24,000 nucleotides of DNA from Caulobacteraceae bacterium (GTDB lineage Bacteria > Pseudomonadota > Alphaproteobacteria > Caulobacterales > Caulobacteraceae): assembly GCA_965199975.1 (NCBI GenBank), contig OZ241340.1, positions 515,939 to 539,938 on the forward strand. The letters run 5' to 3'. Numbering within the stretch: position 1 is the stretch's first letter; each line of letters starts with the position of its first letter. The position numbers and the translations under genes were made by a program. Under the pieces are notes generated by a model. The model had not been told where the DNA came from, made no database searches, and was given only the letters and a program-made list of their open reading frames with translations. Shown one piece after another: positions 1 through 6,807 of this stretch.

Positions 1-157
1 AGCGCGCGGCGGCGGCCTTGGCCATGGCCGCCAGCGTGTCGCCGGTGGAGTCCGACACCAGGTGCACGTGCAGGTAGGCCGCCAGCCGCTTGGACCGCGG
101 GGGGGGTGCGGCGGGCGGCCGCTGCGACAGTGCGGCTGAGGACGAAGGGTCGGACAT
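1..157 (-). CDS. DUF299-family kinase/pyrophosphorylase (pyruvate,phosphate dikinase / PEP synthase regulatory protein-like), 5' part only; gene runs off the left edge
   Basis: Reverse-strand translation from ATG (CAT at 155-157) gives MSDPSSSAALSQRPPAAPPPRSKRLAAYLHVHLVSDSTGDTLAAMAKAAAAR. The HLHLVSDSTGET-type motif is the hallmark N-terminus of DUF299/PpsR proteins. It is absent from the ORF track because there is no stop inside the window. An in-frame GTG at 67 is an alternative start. Confidence 0.65.
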   Translation of the reverse strand, partial: MSDPSSSAALSQRPPAAPPPRSKRLAAYLHVHLVSDSTGDTLAAMAKAAAAR

Positions 158-368
158 CTCGGCGCGGCCTCCGCTCCGCGCTGTGGACGGGCGCGCACAC
201 AACGCCCTTTCGCCGCCCGCGCCAAGGCGTGGGCGGGAGAACGCCCGCGGGGGCGCCGTCGTCCTCCCGCATGTGCAGTCGCGGCTGCGACGCCGCGCCG
301 CGCCGCGCGGGATGCACCACGGCCGTCCCTGCGACATCGGTTCGGCTGACTCCAGGCGCGGCCTGGCG

Positions 369-384
369 TTTACGAGTTGTTAAC
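369..384. promoter_or_regulatory. CtrA-box-like site TTTA-N7-TTAAC
   Basis: TTTACGAGTTGTTAAC has one mismatch to the CtrA full site TTAA-N7-TTAAC. Such a site is rare in DNA this GC-rich. Confidence 0.3.
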
Positions 385-385
385 G

Positions 386-394
386 CTCTCCACA
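386..394. promoter_or_regulatory. DnaA-box-like 9-mer CTCTCCACA
   Basis: 7/9 match to TTATCCACA with the CCACA core intact, directly abutting the CtrA-like site at 369-384. A second weaker candidate, TGTGGACGG at 182-190, is on the other strand sense. Confidence 0.3.
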
Positions 395-421
395 GACATC
401 GCCGCATTCGCGCCTGGAATG

Positions 422-437
422 TTAAGAAAGTGTGAAC
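422..437. promoter_or_regulatory. CtrA-box-like site TTAA-N7-TGAAC
   Basis: TTAAGAAAGTGTGAAC has one mismatch to TTAA-N7-TTAAC and lies 53 bp from the first site. Confidence 0.3.
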
Positions 438-467
438 GCGCCACGTCGCGCACGGTATGACCGCCGG

Positions 468-485
468 GTCGTCCCCGTCGTCCCC
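468..485. repeat. Perfect tandem 9-mer GTCGTCCCC x2
   Basis: Read directly: GTCGTCCCC (468-476) followed by GTCGTCCCC (477-485). The TCCCC core is reminiscent of weak DnaA W-box-type motifs described for Caulobacter (from memory). Confidence 0.9.
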
Positions 486-502
486 GACCTTTCTTCCTTC
501 GT

Positions 503-526
503 TTCTCGAAGAGTCCTTCTAGAAGA
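503..526. repeat. Twin 10-mers TTCTCGAAGA / TTCTAGAAGA, including the perfect palindrome CTTCTAGAAG
   Basis: 503-512 and 517-526 are 9/10 identical with a 14-bp phase. 516-525 is a perfect 10-bp palindrome. The pair is flanked by a pyrimidine run (488-500) and a purine run (521-543). Confidence 0.9.
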
Positions 527-595
527 AAAGATAAGGAGAGAGGCCGCAGCCACGGCAGGCTTGAGCGGGGGGGAGCCGGCGGGCTAAGTCGCCCC

Positions 596-1675
596 ATGAC
601 CTCCGCCGCCCCGGCGAACCCGCCCGTTCCGCCATCGGCGCCTTTGGCCCGGCCCGCGCTCCTGCGCGTGCTGGCGGGCGAGCGCACCCGGCGGCCCCCC
701 GTGTGGTTCATGCGCCAGGCCGGTCGCTACCTGCCCGAGTACCGCGCGCTGCGGACCACCGCGCCGGACTTCGTGAGCTTCTGCCTCGACCCGGAGAAGG
801 CGGCCGAGGCGACGCTGCAGCCCATGCGCCGCCTGCCGTATGACGCCGCCATCGTCTTCGCCGACATCCTGCTCATCCCCAAGGCGCTGGGCCAGGAGGT
901 GCGCTTCGAGGCCGGCGAGGGGCCGCGGCTGGGTGCGCTGCCCGACGTGCGCGCCATGGCCGACCTGGCGCAAGGCGCGGGCGCAGCGCTCTCGCAGGTG
1001 GGCGAGACGCTGAGCCGGGTGCGGGGCGCCCTGGAGCCCGAGCGCGCGCTGATCGGCTTCGCCGGCGCTCCGTGGACGGTGGCGACCTACATGCTGCAGG
1101 GCCGTGGCGGCGAGCGCGACGCCGCCATCGCCCGCGCCTACGCCGAGCCCGAGGCGATCGATGCGCTGCTGGACGTGCTGGTCGAGGCCTCGGCGCACTA
1201 CCTCCTCATGCAGGCGAAGGCCGGCGCCCAGGCGCTGCAGCTGTTCGAGAGCTGGGCCGAGGGCCTGGCGGAGGACCTGTTCGACCGGTTGGTCACGGGC
1301 CCCCACGTGCGCCTGATCGCCCGCCTGCGCGAACTGGGGTGCGACCTGCCGGTGATCGGCTTCCCCCGCGGGGCCGGCGCCCTGGTCGAGGGCTACGCCG
1401 CCGCCGTCCCCGTGCAGGGGATCGGGTTGGACACCCAGGCGCCCGCGGCGCTGGGCCGGCGGCTGCAGGCGCAGGGCTTGGCCATCCAGGGCGCGCTCGA
1501 TCCCATCCTGCTGCGCGCCGGCGGCCAAGCGCTCGACCGGCGGGTGGGCCAGCTGCTGGAGCAGTGGGGCGAGGGCCCCTACGTCTTCAACCTGGGCCAC
1601 GGCATATGGCCCGACACGCCGATCCCGCACGTCGAGCGCGTGCTCGCCCGCATCACCGCGGCGGGTGCGCCGTGA
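596..1675 (+). CDS. hemE: Uroporphyrinogen decarboxylase
   Basis: 359-aa ORF. PPVWFMRQAGRYLPEYR is the uroporphyrinogen decarboxylase signature. The stop TGA at 1673-1675 overlaps the GTG of the next gene (GTGA). Confidence 0.97.
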   Translation: MTSAAPANPPVPPSAPLARPALLRVLAGERTRRPPVWFMRQAGRYLPEYRALRTTAPDFVSFCLDPEKAAEATLQPMRRLPYDAAIVFADILLIPKALGQEVRFEAGEGPRLGALPDVRAMADLAQGAGAALSQVGETLSRVRGALEPERALIGFAGAPWTVATYMLQGRGGERDAAIARAYAEPEAIDALLDVLVEASAHYLLMQAKAGAQALQLFESWAEGLAEDLFDRLVTGPHVRLIARLRELGCDLPVIGFPRGAGALVEGYAAAVPVQGIGLDTQAPAALGRRLQAQGLAIQGALDPILLRAGGQALDRRVGQLLEQWGEGPYVFNLGHGIWPDTPIPHVERVLARITAAGAP

Positions 1676-2769
1676 GCGATCCCCGCGAGGGCCGCAAGGT
1701 CGCGGTGGTGCTGTTCAACCTCGGCGGCCCCGACAGCCTCAAGGCGGTGCGGCCCTTCCTGTTCAACCTGTTCCGCGACCGGGCCATCATCGGCCTGCCG
1801 GCCATCGCGCGCCTGCCCCTGGCGGCGCTGGTCGCCTTCACCCGCAACAAGGAGGCGAGGGGCAACTACGCCCACATGGGCGGCTCCACGCCCCTGCTGC
1901 GCGAGACGCAGGCGCAGGCGCAGGCGCTGGAGGCGGCGCTCGCCGGCGCGGGCCGCCCTGGCGACGAGGTGAAGGCCTTCATCGCCATGCGCTACTGGAC
2001 GCCCTTCACCGAGGACGCCGCACGCGAGGTGGCGGCCTGGGGGCCCGACGAGGTCGTGCTCCTGCCGCTCTACCCGCAATTTTCCACGACCACGACGGCG
2101 AGCTCGCTCATGGCCTGGCGGCGCGCCTACAAGGGCCCGGGCCGCTCCCGCACGGTCTGCTGCTGGCCGACGCTGGACGGCCTGATCCAGGCCCACGCCG
2201 ACCATCTCGTCGGGGTGTGGGAGGGGGCGGGCAAGCCCGACGGCCTACGCCTGCTGTTTTCGGCCCACGGTCTGCCGGAACGGGTGATCGAGGCGGGGGA
2301 CCCCTACCAGTGGCAGGTGGAGCGCACCTGCGCAGCGGTGGTCGACCGGGTGCGCGGGCGGCTCGGCGGCGAGAGCGGCGTGGTCGATTGGCGCGTCTGC
2401 TACCAGAGCCGGGTCGGGCCGCTGAAGTGGATCGGCCCCTCCACCCCCGAGGCGATCGAGACGGCCGCCGGCGAGGGCATGGGGGTGATGATCACGCCGA
2501 TCGCCTTCGTCTCCGAGCATGTGGAGACACTGGTCGAACTCGACCGGGACTATTCCGAGCTGGCTGAGAGCCTGGACGCCCCGCACTACCTGCGCGTGCC
2601 GGCGCTGGGCGTGGCGCAGACCTTCATCGCCGGCTTGGCCGAGATGGTGCATCGTGCGCTGCGCCGAGACGACGACGTGGAGAGCGACAGCGAAGTGCGC
2701 ATTTGCCCCGCCGAGTTCGGCCGCTGCCCTGCCCGCTTCGGCCAAAAGTCGGCCCAGGCGAGGGTGTGA
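1672..2769 (+). CDS. hemH: Ferrochelatase
   Basis: Same frame as ORF 1072-2769, whose first ~200 codons are a stop-free run inside hemE. The start is taken at GTG 1672 (VSDPREGRKVAVVLFNLGGPD), a typical ferrochelatase N-terminus. LLFSAHGLPERV is the ferrochelatase signature. 365 aa. Confidence 0.94.
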   Translation: MSDPREGRKVAVVLFNLGGPDSLKAVRPFLFNLFRDRAIIGLPAIARLPLAALVAFTRNKEARGNYAHMGGSTPLLRETQAQAQALEAALAGAGRPGDEVKAFIAMRYWTPFTEDAAREVAAWGPDEVVLLPLYPQFSTTTTASSLMAWRRAYKGPGRSRTVCCWPTLDGLIQAHADHLVGVWEGAGKPDGLRLLFSAHGLPERVIEAGDPYQWQVERTCAAVVDRVRGRLGGESGVVDWRVCYQSRVGPLKWIGPSTPEAIETAAGEGMGVMITPIAFVSEHVETLVELDRDYSELAESLDAPHYLRVPALGVAQTFIAGLAEMVHRALRRDDDVESDSEVRICPAEFGRCPARFGQKSAQARV

Positions 2770-3233
2770 TGGGCGATCCTTACGACTGGTTGCGGGGGCT
2801 GCACATCCTGGCGGTGATAGCCTGGATGGCGGGCCTGCTCTACTTGCCGCGGCTCTACGTCTATCACTTCCGCACTGCGCCAGGCTCCGAGACGGATGCG
2901 ACCTTCCAGGTGATGGAGCGCCGGCTGCTGCGTGGGATCATGAACCCGGCGATGATCGTGACGTGGGCGTTCGGCCTGACCTTGATCTGGTACGACTCGA
3001 CCTACCGCTTCGGCAGCGCCGCCAAGTTCCTCGGCCAGCCGTGGATGAGCGCCAAGCTGACGGCGGTCGTGCTGCTGACGGCCTTCCACATGTACCTAGC
3101 GGTCGCGCGCAAGCGCTTCGCCGCGGGGAGCTACCCCCGCACCGAACGCTTCTGGCGCTTCGCCAACGAGGTTCCGGCGGTGCTGGCGGTGGTCGCCGTG
3201 TTGGCGGTGACGACGGAGTTCATGAGCCGCTAG
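2769..3233 (+). CDS. hemJ: HemJ-family protoporphyrinogen IX oxidase (UPF0093 membrane protein)
   Basis: Frame of ORF 2703-3233. The start is taken at ATG 2769 (MGDPYDWLRGLHILAVIAWMAGLLYLPRLYVYHF), sharing 1 nt with the hemH stop (TGATG). It is a multi-TM protein with the conserved His-containing first helix of HemJ, and it sits directly after hemH. Confidence 0.88.
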   Translation: MGDPYDWLRGLHILAVIAWMAGLLYLPRLYVYHFRTAPGSETDATFQVMERRLLRGIMNPAMIVTWAFGLTLIWYDSTYRFGSAAKFLGQPWMSAKLTAVVLLTAFHMYLAVARKRFAAGSYPRTERFWRFANEVPAVLAVVAVLAVTTEFMSR

Positions 3234-3245
3234 GAGCTGTACAAT

Positions 3246-3281
3246 CTCCGAGGTCCCCGGCGAACACCGGGGTCCTCGGAG
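3246..3281. terminator. Bidirectional terminator-like hairpin between convergent hemJ and the M13 peptidase gene
   Basis: CTCCGAGGTCCCCGG (3246-3260), loop CGAACA, CCGGGGTCCTCGGAG (3267-3281). 14 of 15 positions pair (one central T-T mismatch). There is no clear U-tract. Confidence 0.55.
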
Positions 3282-3294
3282 CGGAAAGATCAGC

Positions 3295-5358
3295 TCACCA
3301 AGTATGCACCCGGTCCGCCGGGGCGATGTAGAGCTTGTCGGATGGCTTGACGTCGAAGGCCGTATACCAGGCGTCCACATTGCGCACGACGGCGTTCACC
3401 CGCGCTTCGTTGGGCGAGTGCGGATCGGTGTGGATCTGCTGGATCAGCGCGTCTTCCCGGCTCTTGCCCCGCCACACCTGCGCCCAGGCCAGGAACACCC
3501 GCTGGTTGCCGGTCAGCCCGTCGATCACCGGTGCGGGCTTGCCCTTCAGTGAGGCGTGATAAGCGTCCAGCGCCAGATTGATGCCGCCCGAGTCGGCCAT
3601 GTTCTCGCCCATGGTGAGCGCGCCGTTGATGTGCTCGCCCGCCGGGACGGAGGCCAGCGTGTAGGTGTCGTACTGGTGACCCAGCACGTCGGTCCTGGCC
3701 TTGAACTTGACCGCGTCCTGCGCCGTCCACCAGTCGGCGAGCACGCCCTGGCCGTTGGACTTGCGGCCCTGGTCGTCGAAGCCGTGGGTCATTTCGTGGC
3801 CGATCACCCCGCCTATGCCGCCGTAGTTCACCGCCGGGTCGGCGCGGGCGTCGAAGAAAGGCGGCTGCAGGATCGCCGCGGGGAAGACGATCTCGTTCAT
3901 GGTCGGGTTGTAGTAGGCGTTCACCGTCTGAGGCGTCATGCCCCATTCCTGGCGGTCCACCGGCTTGTGCAGGCGGTCGCGCCGGTAGGCCCACTCGAAG
4001 GCGCGGCCGCGCTCGGCGTTGCCGTAGGCGTCCTCGGGCTTGATGGTGAGGCCGGAGTAGTCTTTCCACGTGTCGGGGTAGGCGATCTTGACGTGGAAGG
4101 CGGCGAGCTTGGCCAGGGCCGCCTGCTTGGTGGAAGGCTCCATCCAGGTCAGCTTCTCGAGCCGGGCGCGGAAGGCGGTCTTGAGGTTGCCGACCAGCTC
4201 CAGCATCTGCGCCTTGGCTTCCGGCGGGAAGTAGTCCTTCACGTAGATCTGGCCCACGTCCTCGCCCACCGTGGCGTTGGTGACGGCGACGCCGCGTTTC
4301 CAACGTGTCTGCAGTTCGGGCTGGCCGGCCAGCGTCTTGTTGCGGAACTGGAAGCGGGCCTCGACGAAGCGGGCCGGGAGCACGCTCGCCATGTTCTCGG
4401 TGATGTTGAAGGCCAGCCACGCCTGCAGCACGGGCACGGGCGTCTTGGCGAAGATGGCCGCCTTGGTGGGGAAGGCGGTGTTGTCGGTCAGGATCACGTC
4501 GCTCTCGCCGCCGAGGTCGGCGGCGGCCATGAAGGCGCGCCAGTCGAAGCCCGGCGCCTGCTGGGAGAGCGCGGCGATGGTGGTGGCGTTGTAGGTCTTG
4601 TCGCGGTCGCGCTGCTCGGCCCGGTCCCAGCTGGCGCGGGCCATCTGCGTCTCGAAGGCGAGGATCGCCTGGGCGTTGGCCTGCGGGTCGGACCACCCGG
4701 CCAGGGTCAGCATCTGGGCGATGTAGGGCACGTAGGCGGCGCGGGCCGCAGTGAACTTCGGCGTGTCCTTGAGGTAGTAGTCCTTGTCGGGCAGGCCCAG
4801 GCCGCCCGTGCGCATGTAGATGGCGTAGCGCTCGGGGTGCTTGGCGTCCTGCTGCACCGAGACGCCGAACACCGAGTCCGAGGCCTGGTGGTGATCGCCC
4901 ATCAGCGCGGCGATCTTGGCGAGGGTGTCGGCGCGTTTCACCCGCTGCAGGTCGTGGAGCAGGGGCGCGGCGCCCGCCCTGTCGATCGCCGCCTCGTCCA
5001 TGAAGGCGTGGTAGGCCGCGCCAGCGCGGCCCTCGGGCGTGGTGGGCGCCAGGTCCTTGGTCGAGGCCTGCTCCAGGATGGCGTGCACGCGGTTCTCGGA
5101 CAGCACGCTCAGGATGTCGAAGGCGCCGAAGCGGGTTCGGTCGCTGGGAATGTCCACGCGCTTGAGCCAGTCGCCGTTGGCGTAGCGGAAGAAGTCGTCG
5201 CCCGGCTTAACGGCGGGGTCCTCGCCCGACTTGTCGAAGCCCCAGGTCCCGTAGTGCGGGGTGGTCGTGCCGGGATCGAGCGGGTTGGCCGGCTGCGCCG
5301 CGGCGGCGCCTGCCAGGAGCGCGAGAGACGAGGCGGCGGCGAGGGCGGTCAGGCGCAT
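3295..5358 (-). CDS. Secreted M13-family zinc metalloendopeptidase (neprilysin/PepO-like)
   Basis: 687-aa ORF with signal peptide MRLTALAAASSLALLAGAAAAQ, zinc motif HEMTHGFD (HExxH) and downstream GENMADSGG (ENxADxGG), typical of peptidase family M13. Confidence 0.93.
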   Translation of the reverse strand: MRLTALAAASSLALLAGAAAAQPANPLDPGTTTPHYGTWGFDKSGEDPAVKPGDDFFRYANGDWLKRVDIPSDRTRFGAFDILSVLSENRVHAILEQASTKDLAPTTPEGRAGAAYHAFMDEAAIDRAGAAPLLHDLQRVKRADTLAKIAALMGDHHQASDSVFGVSVQQDAKHPERYAIYMRTGGLGLPDKDYYLKDTPKFTAARAAYVPYIAQMLTLAGWSDPQANAQAILAFETQMARASWDRAEQRDRDKTYNATTIAALSQQAPGFDWRAFMAAADLGGESDVILTDNTAFPTKAAIFAKTPVPVLQAWLAFNITENMASVLPARFVEARFQFRNKTLAGQPELQTRWKRGVAVTNATVGEDVGQIYVKDYFPPEAKAQMLELVGNLKTAFRARLEKLTWMEPSTKQAALAKLAAFHVKIAYPDTWKDYSGLTIKPEDAYGNAERGRAFEWAYRRDRLHKPVDRQEWGMTPQTVNAYYNPTMNEIVFPAAILQPPFFDARADPAVNYGGIGGVIGHEMTHGFDDQGRKSNGQGVLADWWTAQDAVKFKARTDVLGHQYDTYTLASVPAGEHINGALTMGENMADSGGINLALDAYHASLKGKPAPVIDGLTGNQRVFLAWAQVWRGKSREDALIQQIHTDPHSPNEARVNAVVRNVDAWYTAFDVKPSDKLYIAPADRVHTW

Positions 5359-5457
5359 GGGCGGGGAAGTCTTCCTGAGACGAGGGGTTGTTACGATTTA
5401 ACCCCAGGTCGCGCCCCCGGCACAAGTCCGGCGGCGCAGATTACGTCGATGCAACGC

Positions 5458-6801
5458 TCACACGGGGTCTTCCAGGCTGAACTGCCGGGCCTCATCGTCA
5501 TACGCGTAGAGTTCGGCGTAGCGGCCCCACTGGATGGCCGCCGACATGGTCTCTTCGGCGTAGTCCTCGCTCATGTAGTCCTCCAGCTCCTCGGAGAACC
5601 TGGTGTAGGGCGCGCGATGGGTGGGCCGCTCGTCGAGCACGCGGCGGATGGTGGCGACGATGGGCACGTTGGCGACCAGGTGCTCCGCGAACAGGCGCTT
5701 GCGCGCATCGGTGTCGTCGCCCGCGAACCTGCGGCCCGCATCGGTGAGGCGGATGTCGCCGTGCGCCACCTCGGCGAAGCGCAAGAGCTGCAGGGTCTCG
5801 GCGATGGGGAAGAGGTCGTCCACCTCCAGCGCCAGCTCGTCGCTGAGTTCGGGCAGGTCGGCCTTGCCGTTGAAGGGCTCGGCCACCAGCGACTCCAGCA
5901 GGCCCGAGAGGAGGTTGGTGGAGACGGCCGGCAGGGCGCGGGCCACGCCCACCGGCTGGCTCGACGTATCGGCCGCCCGTCCCGGTCCCTGCGGGTTGGT
6001 CATGCGGCCGTAGACCTCGTCCACCAGCGCGCGGAAGCGCGGGTCGGTGCGCGAGCGCGGGTGCGCCAGGTCGATGGCGATCTCGGCGGCCACGCAGCCG
6101 GGCTGGGAGCGGAAGATCAGCACCCGGTCGCACATCAAGACCGCCTCCTCGATGTTGTGGGAGACGAGGAGGATGGAGCGCAGGGGCAGCTTGCCCTCGA
6201 TCCACAGATCGATCAGGTCCGTGCGCAGCGTCTCGGCGGTCAGCACGTCCAACGCCGAGAAGGGCTCGTCCATCAGCAGCAGCTCGGGCTGCATCACGAG
6301 GCCGCGGGCGAAGCCGACGCGCTGGCGCATGCCGCCGGACAGCTCCTTGGGATAGGCGTTCTCGAACCCGTCCAGCCCGATCAGGTCGATGGCCTGCAGG
6401 GCGCGGGAGTGGCGTTCGGAGGCGGGCACGCCCAAGGGCTCCAGCCCGATCTCCACGTTCTCCTGCACGGTGAGCCAGGGGAACAGGGCGAAGCTCTGGA
6501 ACACCATGGCGATGCCCTCGGAGGGGCCCGTCAGCGGGCGCCCGCGCCACAGCACCTCGCCGCCGGCGGGCGGCACTAGGCCGGCGATGATGCGCAGCAG
6601 GCTCGACTTCCCCGAGCCAGATCGGCCCAGCAGCCCCACGATCTCGCCGGAGCGGATCGCCATGTCGACGCCCTCGAGGACCAGGAGGTCGGCGCCGCCG
6701 GTGCGGGGGTACTTCTGCGTCAGGTCCTGCACCTGCAGCAGGGCCTCGGGCTTGGGGCGGGAGGCCTCGCCGGCGGGGCGGGTCAGGGTGGTGGCGGCCA
6801 T
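5458..6801 (-). CDS. ABC transporter ATP-binding protein (NitT/TauT-like) with a ~190-aa C-terminal extension domain
   Basis: 447-aa ORF with Walker A GRSGSGKSS, signature LSGGMRQRV and Walker B LLLMDEPFSALD. The extra C-terminal domain (…FNGKADLPELSDELALEVDDLFPIAETLQLLRFAEV…) is the kind I recall being annotated as 'AAA-associated'. SD-like GAGG lies upstream of ATG 6801. Confidence 0.92.
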   Translation of the reverse strand: MAATTLTRPAGEASRPKPEALLQVQDLTQKYPRTGGADLLVLEGVDMAIRSGEIVGLLGRSGSGKSSLLRIIAGLVPPAGGEVLWRGRPLTGPSEGIAMVFQSFALFPWLTVQENVEIGLEPLGVPASERHSRALQAIDLIGLDGFENAYPKELSGGMRQRVGFARGLVMQPELLLMDEPFSALDVLTAETLRTDLIDLWIEGKLPLRSILLVSHNIEEAVLMCDRVLIFRSQPGCVAAEIAIDLAHPRSRTDPRFRALVDEVYGRMTNPQGPGRAADTSSQPVGVARALPAVSTNLLSGLLESLVAEPFNGKADLPELSDELALEVDDLFPIAETLQLLRFAEVAHGDIRLTDAGRRFAGDDTDARKRLFAEHLVANVPIVATIRRVLDERPTHRAPYTRFSEELEDYMSEDYAEETMSAAIQWGRYAELYAYDDEARQFSLEDPV

Positions 6802-6807
6802 GTCACC

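Larger units (their letters stand above)
158..595. other. Putative chromosomal replication origin (oriC) in the hemE / DUF299 intergenic gap
   Basis: 438 bp with no credible ORF between divergent hemE and the DUF299 gene, which is the conserved origin position in Caulobacter, Rickettsia and Sinorhizobium. It has a local A+T-rich core (about 365-545), two CtrA-box-like sites, weak DnaA-box-like 9-mers (182-190, 386-394), a tandem 9-mer and a pyrimidine/purine block. No skew calculation is possible from one window. Confidence 0.5.

Noticed and set aside
457-522. 21-codon uORF (MTAGSSPSSPTFLPSFLEESF*) in the hemE upstream gap.
   Set aside because: It has no SD or other initiation signal. It is built largely from the tandem 9-mer and the pyrimidine run, and it ends in the palindrome. 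This is more simply explained as non-coding origin or leader sequence.
1072-1671. Long N-terminal extensions implied by the ORF track for hemH (from 1072), the ABC permease (to 9768), hisF (to 18459), the GNAT (from 13799) and nrsF (from 20802).
   Set aside because: The extensions overlap the preceding genes in another frame and are Arg/Pro/Gly-rich. Canonical family N-termini begin at internal GTG/ATG codons that overlap the upstream stop (GTGA/ATGA).
1905-1925. Short tandem CAGGCG x3 inside hemH (encoding QAQAQA).
   Set aside because: It is in-frame, only three units, and lies in a surface-loop-like region. It is ordinary low-complexity coding sequence rather than a functional repeat.
3556-6579. 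1007-aa plus-strand ORF spanning the antisense of the M13 peptidase, the intergenic gap and the ABC ATPase. Similar giants occur at 584-1630 (-), 8634-11315 (+), 12017-13384 (+), 12522-14588 (-), 15121-15993 (-), 17047-18255 (+) and 21884-23653 (-).
   Set aside because: At this GC content the AT-rich stop codons are rare in every frame. The translations are Arg/Gly/Ala/Pro/His-rich low complexity with no motif I recognise. Each lies antisense to, or out of frame with, a gene carrying unmistakable family signatures. One even runs straight through an intergenic region.
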